63,007 nucleotides of DNA from Planctomycetota bacterium (GTDB taxonomy: Bacteria; Planctomycetota; Planctomycetia; Pirellulales; Thermoguttaceae), in assembly GCA_029549885.1 (NCBI GenBank), contig JAKPII010000434.1, forward strand, positions 1 through 63,007, given 5' to 3'. Under the pieces are notes generated by a model. It worked only from the letters and a program-made list of their open reading frames with translations, did no database searches and had not been told where the DNA came from. The translations under genes and the position numbers were made by a program. Below are positions 38,595-48,559 of this stretch, piece by piece (the stretch's first letter is position 1; each line of letters starts with the position of its first letter).

Positions 38595-38852
38595 AACTCC
38601 AAGATCATCCTTGGCAACCTCGGGAGGGTCGCCGTCCTCGGTGACCCTGCGCGGGCACGGCAGCTCGGACGGCAGGCACGCCATCCCTCCCATCGCCATA
38701 TTTTCTCTACAATAGAAGGGGTTGTCACGCAGGCAAGGATAACAATTCCCAAGGGTCATCCTCCCCTATGCCCCAACCTTCGGCAACCTCGGGAGGGTCA
38801 TCGTCCTCGGTGACCGCAATTCGGGACGGCGAGGACGCCGTCCCTCCCATCC
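38595..38852. repeat. Two tandem imperfect copies of a GGGAGGG-type hairpin pair (REP/BIME-like)
   Basis: GGCAACCTCGGGAGGGTC.(C/T)CGTCCTCGGTGACC at ~38613 and ~38782, each followed by GGACGGC..ACGCC.TCCCTCCCATC. Confidence 0.7.
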
Positions 38853-38903
38853 CGTGCGGACAACATTCGCGTCGTTTGGAATCCTCGAAACAGGACGATA
38901 CCG

Positions 38904-39743
38904 ATGTGGCGATCGATCCTTCGACAATGGGCGCAACAAACCGCGGCGGAGGCCTTTCAAGCTCGCGTGGAGGAAATGGCCCACGAGACCGCGCAGCCGG
39001 CCGCTGATAGCCCCCCACGGCCCATCGACGTCGGTATCGTCTTTGCTTTAGCATCCGAGAGTGGAGGTCTGGAGGACCGCCTGGAAGAAAAGATCTGGAT
39101 CCGTGGTGAAGCCGGCCAGGTGGTTATTGGCCGTGCTGGGCAAAAGAACGTGGCCATCATTGTCACCGGTCCTGGGGCGAAGTCGGCCCACGTTGGAACG
39201 GAGGCCTTGATTCTCGGTCATCATCCCCGCTGGATTGTGGCCGCTGGTTTCGCCGGCTCTCTCAACGAACACGTTCGCCCAATGGAGCTAATCATTCCCA
39301 ACCGAATCACCGACCTGACCGGCCGGGCCTTGCAGGTCGGTCTGACGCTTGACGCGGACCAAACGAAGGGCATCCATGTTGGTCCGCTGCTTTCCGTGCC
39401 AGAGCTTGTCCGTCACCCGCTCGAGCGCCGCAAGCTCGCGGAAGAGCACCACGCGGTGGCTGTCGATCTTGAGAGTTTTGCCGTGGCGGAGGTCTGCCGA
39501 CGCTACCAGGTCCCCATGTGGGTGGTGAAGATCGTCACGGACGGCGTCGATGATCAACTTCCACCGGAGGTCAGCTACTTGATGAAGCCCCGCAAGTGGA
39601 CTGAAAAGCTCGGGGCTGTCGCTGGGGCTTTGTGGAACCGACCGGGCAGCATTAGGGACCTTTGGCAACTCAACGAATTGGCACTCCGCGCCAGCGACCG
39701 ACTCGCGGAGTTCCTCCTTTCAATGATTCGCTCCCTGCCATGA
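38904..39743 (+). CDS. Nucleoside phosphorylase/MTA-SAH nucleosidase family protein
   Basis: VGIVFALASE, TGPG, AGFAGSL, VDLESFAVA and KIVTD. Confidence 0.75.
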   Translation: MWRSILRQWAQQTAAEAFQARVEEMAHETAQPAADSPPRPIDVGIVFALASESGGLEDRLEEKIWIRGEAGQVVIGRAGQKNVAIIVTGPGAKSAHVGTEALILGHHPRWIVAAGFAGSLNEHVRPMELIIPNRITDLTGRALQVGLTLDADQTKGIHVGPLLSVPELVRHPLERRKLAEEHHAVAVDLESFAVAEVCRRYQVPMWVVKIVTDGVDDQLPPEVSYLMKPRKWTEKLGAVAGALWNRPGSIRDLWQLNELALRASDRLAEFLLSMIRSLP

Positions 39744-40191
39744 TGTGAAATCGATGCCTTCAGTTCAGATCTCCCAAATTACCAAGGATTGGGCAATGGC
39801 TTCGCTGTCTTCTTACCGAGGTTTCCCGGAGCTCCCAAATCACTTAAAAAACCTATCCTCCTCAGCCGATATCTCTTGAAAGCAGATGGCGGTCTGAGGT
39901 TTCCAGCGGGCGGGTGTAACCAACGCGCCAAATCATAAAGGATATGTAAGCCAGCTGACTATTATAGGTACCAGGGCGCCGGGTGTTAGTTGCGCGGTGC
40001 GTTGGCACGCAAGTCGCGCGATGACGGCCATTTACAATAAAGTAGTGGCTGGGGGTAACCTGTTGTTGTGCTGTTGACAGTGAGTTAGCCCTTTGTCGTT
40101 TGTGTTGATGATTTAGAGGAGTTTTCGCGTCCGCTGTTAGTGGTGTCAACAACTTGGTCGGCTATTGACACGGGGTGTTAATGGCTGCGGA

Positions 40192-41355
40192 TCAACTGCG
40201 GCGGGACGGGTGTGTCTCGTCCGCTGCGGAGCATATGGTCTGCGGTTCGCCGGGGATGAGCCGTTCTTCAATCATGAAGATGGCCTGCTGCATGCTGGGG
40301 TCGGACCGGCTAAGGGCCTCGATTTTACGGCAGCCATGCCCAACAGTGGTGTGATCTCTTCCCCCAAAGTAATGTCCAATCTGCTGGAGGCTGGCACCCG
40401 TCAAGCGTTGGGCCAGGTACATGGCCACGTTGCGGGCAAGGACCTCTGCACGGGAGCGCCCCGGCCCACGGAGATCTTTCAGGCGAATCCCGAAATACCG
40501 CGCAGTAGCCTTGGCTACCCGGTCGATAGAGGTTGCCGGACGGGGCGAGTATCGTCGCAGGAATGCCCGCGCGGCAGGATAGTCCACTGGTCCGCGACCG
40601 GCGGCCTGTCGCAGTTTTAAGGCAAATCCGAGGAGCTGGCGGGGCGAGCCGGCGAGCTCTTCCGCAAAGAGTTGGAGCGGAGCCGCGGTCACGGTGACGC
40701 CCTTCTGGCGAAACGCCATCTGGAGAATCGCCCTGCGGGCGTCCTCGCCGGGGGGCTGAAGGCGAGCTGTTAATCCCCCCTGGAGGATGGACCCAATGCG
40801 GGGGTTGAGATTCTCGCAGTGCCAAGGCGGGATACGACAGGCGACGGCCACGCATAGTGTGCCACGTTCAGCCGCCCGCAGGAGGGCGACAAACTCCTCT
40901 TGCGCCGCCGGGTAATCGCCGAGGAATTGGAGATCGTCGATGACGATGAAGTCCGCCTCTTCCCAATGGCGGCGGAATTGACGGGCTTTGCGGGAAACGA
41001 GGGCCTCGGCGAAGGCCTGCCCGAACTCGGCGGCTGTTGATGAAACAACGGAGCAGTGTGGCCAGATTTCCTTCCAAAGGCCGCAAAGAAGGCCCAACAG
41101 GTGCGTTTTACCCGTCCCCGTCGGACCGAAGAGTGTGAAGCAACTGGGTGGGTGGGGCTCAATCATCCTTTGGACAGCGGCAAGGGCTACCCAGTTCTCT
41201 TCGCCCGCAATAAACGATCCCGGCTCGACACGGCCGGCGGACCGGTCGAGACCAAGGCCGGGCAGAAAAACAACTCCAGGCACGAGTATCTGGGCGGCTC
41301 CAGTATCCACGGCGCGACAGCCCTTTTGGGTGAGGTGAATCAACCATCCTTCCAC
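40192..41355 (-). CDS. dnaA: DnaA-family replication initiator lacking domains I/II
   Basis: FIAGEEN, Walker A GPTGTGKT, IDDLQFL, and domain IV ARNVAMYL..SLQQIGHYFGGRDHTTV. Confidence 0.8.
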   Translation of the reverse strand: MEGWLIHLTQKGCRAVDTGAAQILVPGVVFLPGLGLDRSAGRVEPGSFIAGEENWVALAAVQRMIEPHPPSCFTLFGPTGTGKTHLLGLLCGLWKEIWPHCSVVSSTAAEFGQAFAEALVSRKARQFRRHWEEADFIVIDDLQFLGDYPAAQEEFVALLRAAERGTLCVAVACRIPPWHCENLNPRIGSILQGGLTARLQPPGEDARRAILQMAFRQKGVTVTAAPLQLFAEELAGSPRQLLGFALKLRQAAGRGPVDYPAARAFLRRYSPRPATSIDRVAKATARYFGIRLKDLRGPGRSRAEVLARNVAMYLAQRLTGASLQQIGHYFGGRDHTTVGHGCRKIEALSRSDPSMQQAIFMIEERLIPGEPQTICSAADETHPSRRS

Positions 41356-41686
41356 CCAGTGTAATTGGATTTATCATACCTGCTTCTCCATTGTTTGACG
41401 AGCGAAGATGGGAGGTTTTCCTGGGAAGACGCAGCGGGGGTGGACTCTACAGCCATTGGTGTGCCATTTGCTTGGTTTGACTTTCAGCCCAATAGGCCTG
41501 CCATTTTGCTCCGTAGCTCCCGCTACGGCAAGGCCACCCTATGGGTTTTGCTGAGATACTGAGCAATCACGGAAGCGAAAGCGCCTCGTTGAGACCGTGA
41601 ATGTGTGCGCGTCGCCTACGGGGAAGCTTTGTTCAATCCATAGGTTTTAATGTGGGTGGTTTGTATTCCTGGGTGGTTGGCGTAGA

Positions 41687-43300
41687 ATGGACGGGGTGAA
41701 AAAGACCGCGCAGGACCTCCTCAGGGTCTCAGGTGTCCATGCCGTGAACGCTCGACTTTCGGATCGAATCCGCCCGCCGGCTGTGGCGGGAACCTTTTAT
41801 CCCGCCCAACGGGAGCGTCTCAGAGAAATGCTTGACCAGTTCCTGGCCGAGGCACCGGTCATTTGCGGACCCGACCGGACGATCCGCGCTATCATTGCAC
41901 CCCACGCGGGATATCGCTATTCCGGTCCGGTGGCCGGTGTGGCCTATAAGCAGCTTGCTGGCCGGGATTATAACACGGTGGTCTTGCTCGGTCCGTCGCA
42001 CTTTGCCCATTTTGAAGGCGGTGCCCTGCCAGACGTGGACGCCTTTGCGACTCCGCTTGGCGAAGTGGCGATCGCAAACAAGGCCAGGATCTTGGCGCAG
42101 AAGGAACCGTATGCCTTTGATCCTCCGGCCGTGGTTCAGGCCCCGCGGGGCTGGACGACCACGGGGACCTCAGCCTGCACACCACATACATTTGAGCACT
42201 CGCTTGAGGTGCAGCTTCCCTTTCTGCAAGTCATCTTGAAAGAGTTTGAGATCGTCCCGATCGTTTTCGGTCGGGTGAATGTCAACCAGGCTGCCGAGGC
42301 CGTGGCGAGTATTCTCGACGACCGGACGCTGATCGTCGTGAGTTCAGATCTCTCGCATTACCAGCCTTACCGTCGGGCGTGTAGTGTTGACCAGCGGACA
42401 CTCCAAGCAATCATCCAAATGGATTTCGATTACCTCGAGGGTCTCCGTTACGAGCCAGAGTTGTGTCCTTGTGGCCATACGGGCATTCTTGTCTTGCTTC
42501 GGTTGGCGAGCCGTTTCCAATGGGAACCCATTCTGCTTGATTATCGGAACAGTGGCGACACATCGGGTGATCGCTCGGCCGTGGTGGGTTACGGAGCCGT
42601 CGCTTTTTGTGAGGGACGCGCGCGCTCTGTGGCCAAGGCAAATGAAGAAGAAGTGAAGGCCGAAGAAATCAACCCGGTGGCAAGTGGTGCGGTGTCGGCC
42701 AGTGGAGATACGGAAGAAGCTCCGAGCGAAGCTCGTTTGCCACAACTGACTGCCGAAGAACGCGAATTCTTGCTGAATTTGGCCTGGAAGACGATCCGCC
42801 GCTACGTCATCGATCGACGCTTACCGGAAGTCGAGCCGGAGTCGGTTCCACCTCGCTTACGGGAGCCATGGGCCTGTTTTGTGACACTCCGGCGGCGCGG
42901 GGCCCTGCGAGGTTGTATTGGGACCTTGACGGCCGAGCGGCCACTTTACCTAGCGGTGATGGAAAACGCTCGCAATGCCGCCCGTGATCCGCGTTTCCCT
43001 CCTTTGGAAGATTGGGAGTTGACCGATCTGACGGTAGAAATCAGTGTCTTATCAGAAAAACGCCCGTTGGACGCCCGTTCGCCCGAGGAAATCCTCCGAA
43101 AACTCCGACCGGGCATTGACGGGGTGATTTTGGAGAGGTTTGGTGCTCGGGCAACGTTCCTCCCCCAAGTGTGGGAAGATCTTCCCGATCCGGTGGAGTT
43201 CCTCCAGCGCTTATCCCAAAAGGCGGGCCTGCCTGCCGATGCTTGGCGCCAACCCGCGACACGAATTTTCACCTACGAGGTGGAGAAATTTGGCGATTAG
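41687..43300 (+). CDS. Fused AmmeMemoRadiSam proteins B (Memo) and A (AMMECR1)
   Basis: RPPAVAGTFYP, PHAGYRYSG, EHSLEVQLPFLQ and SSDLSHY, then ACFVTL..LRGCIG, DPRFPP and ATFLPQVW. Confidence 0.88.
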   Translation: MDGVKKTAQDLLRVSGVHAVNARLSDRIRPPAVAGTFYPAQRERLREMLDQFLAEAPVICGPDRTIRAIIAPHAGYRYSGPVAGVAYKQLAGRDYNTVVLLGPSHFAHFEGGALPDVDAFATPLGEVAIANKARILAQKEPYAFDPPAVVQAPRGWTTTGTSACTPHTFEHSLEVQLPFLQVILKEFEIVPIVFGRVNVNQAAEAVASILDDRTLIVVSSDLSHYQPYRRACSVDQRTLQAIIQMDFDYLEGLRYEPELCPCGHTGILVLLRLASRFQWEPILLDYRNSGDTSGDRSAVVGYGAVAFCEGRARSVAKANEEEVKAEEINPVASGAVSASGDTEEAPSEARLPQLTAEEREFLLNLAWKTIRRYVIDRRLPEVEPESVPPRLREPWACFVTLRRRGALRGCIGTLTAERPLYLAVMENARNAARDPRFPPLEDWELTDLTVEISVLSEKRPLDARSPEEILRKLRPGIDGVILERFGARATFLPQVWEDLPDPVEFLQRLSQKAGLPADAWRQPATRIFTYEVEKFGD

Positions 43301-43509
43301 GATCGCGGCGGGCGGCTCTTCCGGTGTTAGCTTTTCTGATTCCGTAAAATGTGCCGATTTTCGGGAGTTTTTCGAAAAGGTAACCGATAACAGTTTGCGA
43401 AGAGAATGCGACTCGGATTCTTCGGGAATGCTGCCGAAAGGATGGTTTTTGTCCCACAGGTCAGCACAAGCTCCCGTTTTGTCTTAGGAATACCGGCGAG
43501 GTACCGACC

Positions 43510-43977
43510 ATGCGCTTGTGGATGCCCGGCGTGGTTGTGTTAAGCGTAATCCTCATCGGCGGATGTTGCGCGCCATGTCATCGTTTGGGTATGCATCATT
43601 ACGCCGCCCCGGGGGCTGTTTATGGCGAGGAGCCCGGTGTCGTCGCGTACCATGCTGGGCCATTGGCATGGTTATGGCGCCTGCTCGGCGTTGGACGGGG
43701 CTATCCCTGCGACGATTGTGGTCCCCGCTACTGGGGCGATTGGGGTGGTGACCGTGCCGGGTGCGAACCGTGCGACGACTATGGGTCGTGGACAGGCATG
43801 CCGCCCGTTGAATATCGTGGTGCCGCTGGGACCTACTCGAGTTCCGGCGACAAGCGAGGCGGCTGTCCGGAGTGTCAGTCGTCAAGCTCGTCGGGCAGTA
43901 CTGTCAGCCAAATTAACCCGCGGACGGGAGGCACAAGTGTAGCCGTTCAGTCTACGAAAGAGTCGAGCACTCGGTGA
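43510..43977 (+). CDS. Cys/Gly-rich putative lipoprotein
   Basis: GAGG RBS, lipobox-like LIGGC, CDDCGPRYWGDW..CEPCDDYGSWTG and a Ser-rich tail. Confidence 0.6.
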   Translation: MRLWMPGVVVLSVILIGGCCAPCHRLGMHHYAAPGAVYGEEPGVVAYHAGPLAWLWRLLGVGRGYPCDDCGPRYWGDWGGDRAGCEPCDDYGSWTGMPPVEYRGAAGTYSSSGDKRGGCPECQSSSSSGSTVSQINPRTGGTSVAVQSTKESSTR

Positions 43978-44024
43978 TAAGCCGATAGGCACCGAGGGCG
44001 GTGTGCCGCGGGCCAACCACGTCA

Positions 44025-45211
44025 TCAGACGGTTGCGAGAGAGGCCGTTAGGAGAGGAGGTGCGCTTGTCTGGATAAGCGAGTGAGGCTCAAGACGATCC
44101 GGGGGAATCGTATTCCAGAAAGGGGCGCCGATTTCTTCGATGGCCCGCCAGCGGCGAAGGAAGGCGGCGACAACGTCCGGATCAAACTGCGTTCCCGATC
44201 CACGTTCGATGGTCGCGCGTGCCACGTCTGGGGGCCAGGCCCTCTTGTACACCCGGGGCGATGTGAGTGCGTCGAAAACGTCGGCCACGCTCACAATGCG
44301 GGCGGCAAGCGGAATGTCATTACCGGCCAAACCGTCGGGGTAGCCTTTCCCGTCATAGCGCTCGTGGTGGGAGCGCGCGATGTCGGCAGCAATTTCCAGG
44401 AAAGACCCTGCCTTGGATTTGTTGCACGCTGCCATGAGAGCCTCGTATCCGATGATCGTATGTCGCTGCATGATGACCGATTCTTCGGGAGAGAGTCGGC
44501 CGGGTTTCAGAAGAATAACATCGGGAATTCCGACCTTTCCGATGTCGTGAAGCGGGGCAGAACGGAGTACCTCCTGAGGAAAGTTTTCGGATTCTGAGTC
44601 GCCGTGTGGGCGGCTGGCAATATATTCTTCGGCGATAAGTCGTGAATACCAACGCATCCGCTCCAGGTGTTCACCCGTTTCGGGATCGCGTGATTCAGCC
44701 AATTTAGCTAGAGAAAAGATTAACAGGTCGCGGGTCTCCAGGATCTCAGCGGTTCGCTGCGAAACGAGCGCCTCAAGATTGTCGGTGAACCTGTGGAGTT
44801 GCATGTTCAAGTCCCAGACCCGCTCGACCATTTTCTTCAAGCGGAGATGAACGCCGATCTTTGCAAGTAATTCTTCGTGGTCAAACGGTTTGACGATGTA
44901 ATCATCCGCCCCAGCCGCGTAACCCTCGAGACGTTCCTGCGTGGAACTTTTACCGCTCACGAGAATAACCTGGGTGAAGGGTCCCAACGGCCCTGATTTG
45001 ATTTGCCGGCAAGTCTCGTAACCGTTTAGACCGGGCATCATGATATCGAGAAGAACGACATCTGGCGCTGCCTGCGGCAAGATTCGTAAAGCCTGCTCAC
45101 CATTTGGTACCGTCAGAACGTAATACTCGTCTGAAAGAAAAGCTCCAAGAGAATCTCTCTGTTGACTTCGCAGTCATCAACAACCAGGATGGTTGGCTTT
45201 TGTGAGTCCAT
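44025..45211 (-). pseudogene. REC + HD-GYP response regulator/c-di-GMP phosphodiesterase, split by a frameshift near 45135-45150
   Basis: ATG at 45211 encodes MDSQKPTILVVDDCEVNREILLE and stops shortly after. The -1 frame continues AFLSDEYYVLTVPNGEQAL into ORF 44025-45080 (LLDIMMP, KPF, HDIGK, HHERYDGKGYP). Confidence 0.75.
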
Positions 45212-45695
45212 GTTCTTCCCCCATTGAGGATTCACCTGGCCACGATGAGTTGTGGCAGTTCCTGGTCGGACCGTTCTCCTAAAGTGGCGGCTGCCTTCGG
45301 CCTAGCACGATGAATCTGTGCATAAAAAGCATAGGTTGGCGGCATTAATCGCGCGCGTACCCGTAATGGTGACCAGACCAGGAAAAGGGCAAGACCGACA
45401 GCACCGGCCCATCACAGCCGATAGAATCGCTACAATCGGCACGCACAGCCATCTGCGGACGGGAAAAACCGGCAATTATGTGCTGAACAGTCGACGAGCT
45501 TCTGCCGCTGCGGAAGGCTTCTCATCCGGTGCCGCCGCACCTAAACCGATCGGAAAACCTGTCAGAAATTCTGCAACCTGGAATTGAGCTATATTCATTG
45601 GGATTGTCAATCGGGTCTTTTAGCCCGGCGAAGAACATTCCGAAGTAAGTGTTTGCTTGCGATACACGTGACATTAACAATCGAAGGCGGCGGCG

Positions 45696-47102
45696 ATGAG
45701 TGGTTCGCAACGTGTCATTCATCAATACTGGTCGGTGCGTGAGTTATTCTATCACGTGCTGGACGGGGCCGTCATCGTCGGGGCCCTTTGGTGCGCTCGG
45801 CTAACCCTCGGCGGCTTCCGGGAAGAGGACCTCCTTGCTGCCTTGCTGGCAGTCATCGTGTTTCATGTGGTGGCCGAGATCACCGGGCTGTACCGCAATT
45901 GGCGGGGCGTTTCCTTGGAAAGGGAGTTGCTTTGTGCCGCCATCACATGGTTCTTCACGTTGCCGGCGCTCGTCACTTTGGGATACTTTGTCGATCATGG
46001 GCGTATCGTTTCCCGCGAGACCGTGCTCGTTTGGGCCGGCATGGGCTTTCTGCTGTTACTCGTATCGCGAAGCGCCGTCCGGTGGGTCCTCAACAGGCTT
46101 CGGGCCAGCGGATACAACACCCATTATTATGCGGTTGTCGGCATCAACGAGTTGGCCTTTCGCCTGGTGGAATCCCTGGAGAACTCACCCGATTTGGGCT
46201 TGAAGCTCTACGGATTCTATGACGACCGACCGGAGTCGCGGACGGGGCCTGTCCCCGAGGAAATCGGCCAGAAACTGGGCAACATCGAGGAGCTCGTTGA
46301 GCACGCCCGGCAGCGACGCGTTGATATGATCTACATTACTTTTCCCATGCGGGCGGAAGATCGCATCCGGAAGATTCTGGCCCAACTGTCCGACACCACG
46401 GCGTCCGTCTATATCGTGCCCGATTTCTTTGTGTTTCAATTGCTCCATTCTCGCTGGACCAACATTGGGGGGCTGCCCGTCGTCAGCATCTACGAAAACC
46501 CATTCTACGGCATTGACGGCTTTGTGAAGCGGGCTATGGACGTGGTCTTGGCGAGCATTTTCCTCGTGTTGCTGTCGCCCCTCATGGTGGCGATCGCCAT
46601 TGCCATCAAGTTAACATCGCCTGGGCCTGTATTCTTCCGTCAACGGCGTTATGGGCTGGATGGGCGAGAAATCCGTGTATGGAAGTTCCGCACCATGACG
46701 GTGTGCGAAGACGGACAGCAAGTGACGCAAGCCCGAAGGGGTGACCCACGGGTCACGAGAATCGGTGCCTTTCTCCGTCGTACCTCGCTCGATGAGCTGC
46801 CGCAATTATTCAACGTGCTGAAGGGAGATATGTCGCTTGTGGGACCGAGACCTCACGCCACGGCGCACAACGAGGAGTACCGCCGACTGATCGACGGGTA
46901 CATGCTGCGGCATAAAGTCAGGCCCGGCATGACAGGTCTCGCCCAGGTCCACGGGTGCCGGGGGGAGACCGAAACCGTGGACAAAATGGCGAAGCGCGTG
47001 GAATGGGACCTCCAGTACATTCGCGAATGGTCTTTGTGGATGGATATCAAGATTCTCCTGCAAACGTTTTGGGTCGTCTTGAGAGGTCAGAATGCTTACT
47101 GA
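45696..47102 (+). CDS. wcaJ: Undecaprenyl-phosphate glucose phosphotransferase
   Basis: KRAMD, KFRTM, DPRVTRIGAFLRRTSLDELPQLFNVLKGDMSLVGPRPHA and RHKVRPGMTGLAQV. Confidence 0.9.
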   Translation: MSGSQRVIHQYWSVRELFYHVLDGAVIVGALWCARLTLGGFREEDLLAALLAVIVFHVVAEITGLYRNWRGVSLERELLCAAITWFFTLPALVTLGYFVDHGRIVSRETVLVWAGMGFLLLLVSRSAVRWVLNRLRASGYNTHYYAVVGINELAFRLVESLENSPDLGLKLYGFYDDRPESRTGPVPEEIGQKLGNIEELVEHARQRRVDMIYITFPMRAEDRIRKILAQLSDTTASVYIVPDFFVFQLLHSRWTNIGGLPVVSIYENPFYGIDGFVKRAMDVVLASIFLVLLSPLMVAIAIAIKLTSPGPVFFRQRRYGLDGREIRVWKFRTMTVCEDGQQVTQARRGDPRVTRIGAFLRRTSLDELPQLFNVLKGDMSLVGPRPHATAHNEEYRRLIDGYMLRHKVRPGMTGLAQVHGCRGETETVDKMAKRVEWDLQYIREWSLWMDIKILLQTFWVVLRGQNAY

Positions 47103-47137
47103 TCGGTTCGTCGTTTTCAGAAAAGGGCCACGCCGCA

Positions 47138-48382
47138 ATGAGTGACGCGATTTCGTCCCTCGCCTGTTTTCCATCGTTTCAGACCGATGCCGGTAACCTC
47201 TTCACGGTTTCGCCGATAGCCGACCCGGTGGTGGTACCCATTTGTCCCGAAGAACCGCGGACGACGACGGCCCGCGTGATCCATGTCATCAATGGGGAGC
47301 ACTATTCCGGGGCCGAGCGGGTTCAAGATGGTTTGGCCCTCGTCCTGCCACAGTACGGCTTCGACGTCCAGTTCGTCTGCCTGAAGCCGGGCCGATTTGC
47401 CAAGTGCCGCCGGGCACAAGGGGCTCCGGTGGAGAACCTTCCCATGCGTTCGCGCTGGGATGTTGCCGTTGCTTCGCAGATTGCCGCGTTGGCAGAGAAG
47501 ACCTCGGCGGTGCTTCTCCATGCCCATACGCCGCGGTCCGCGATGATTACGGCGCTCGCTGCGCGAAAGTGTCGCCTCCCTTGGCTCTACCACGCTCATA
47601 GTCCCACGCTTCGGGATTCAGGCAACTGGGTTAAGAACTTTGCGGTTGCGATGATGGAATGGTGGGCGGTCCGCCAAGCAGACCACATCATTGCGGTGGC
47701 GGACAGCCTCAAGCGATATTGGCAGAGGTGGGGTATCTCGGCGGACCGGGTGAGTGTCGTCCACAATGGTGTGCCATCCTGGCCGACCCTTCCCAAACGG
47801 CCCCATCCGGGCGGAACGTGGACAATCGGAACGGTGGCCCTCTTCCGACCGCGGAAAGGAATCGAGATCCTTTTGCGTTCGCTGCACCAGCTTCGCCGTG
47901 AGAAGATCCCGGTGCGCCTCTTGGCCGTTGGGCCGTTCGAAACTAGAAAATACGAGTATCACGTGAAAAGCCTGGCGGCCCGCTTGGGCCTGGAAGATGT
48001 GGTCTCCTGGGTGGGCTTCACGCCGCATGTGGATACCTTGCTGGCGAAGATGGACCTGTTTGTCCTTCCCAGCCTCTTTGGCGAGGGCCTCCCGATGGTC
48101 ATTCTCGAGGCGATGGCCCTGGGCGTCCCTGTCGTGGCAAGCCGGGTGGAGGGTGTTCCGGAGGTCATCCGCGATGGCCAAGACGGGCTTTGTGTGACGC
48201 CTGGTTCCGTGTTGGCCTTGACGCACGCCTTGCGAACGGTCATCTCTGGGCAAGTCAGTTGGCAATCGTTGCGCGAACAGGCCTATCGGCGGCAACGACA
48301 ATGCTTTTCTTTGGAGAGCATGGGACGCGCTACGGCGGACGTTTATCGCCACATCTTGCGGCATTGGACAACCCGCTCATAA
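47138..48382 (+). CDS. Glycosyltransferase family 4
   Basis: SGAERV, VHNGV, RKG and FVLPSLFGEGLPMVILEAMALGVPVV (EX7E). Confidence 0.9.
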   Translation: MSDAISSLACFPSFQTDAGNLFTVSPIADPVVVPICPEEPRTTTARVIHVINGEHYSGAERVQDGLALVLPQYGFDVQFVCLKPGRFAKCRRAQGAPVENLPMRSRWDVAVASQIAALAEKTSAVLLHAHTPRSAMITALAARKCRLPWLYHAHSPTLRDSGNWVKNFAVAMMEWWAVRQADHIIAVADSLKRYWQRWGISADRVSVVHNGVPSWPTLPKRPHPGGTWTIGTVALFRPRKGIEILLRSLHQLRREKIPVRLLAVGPFETRKYEYHVKSLAARLGLEDVVSWVGFTPHVDTLLAKMDLFVLPSLFGEGLPMVILEAMALGVPVVASRVEGVPEVIRDGQDGLCVTPGSVLALTHALRTVISGQVSWQSLREQAYRRQRQCFSLESMGRATADVYRHILRHWTTRS

Positions 48383-48538
48383 GAGCCTATCCCAAAATTT
48401 CCTCTCCCTTTGGGAGAGGGTTAGGGTGAGGGCAAGCGATCGTCGGAGTCGATCGAGAAAACCAGCAGCGATTCGAGCCACCCTCACCCCCGGCCTCTCT
48501 CCCGGCGAACGGGCGAGGGGAGGTTTTGGGATACGCTC
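48383..48538 (+). mobile_element. MITE-like element copy 4 (156 bp), TAA target duplication
   Basis: TAA|GAGCCTATCCCA...TGGGATACGCTC|TAA. The left TAA (48380-48382) is the GT4 stop codon. Confidence 0.82.
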
Positions 48539-48559
48539 TAAGTCTTCGAGAAACGCCGT

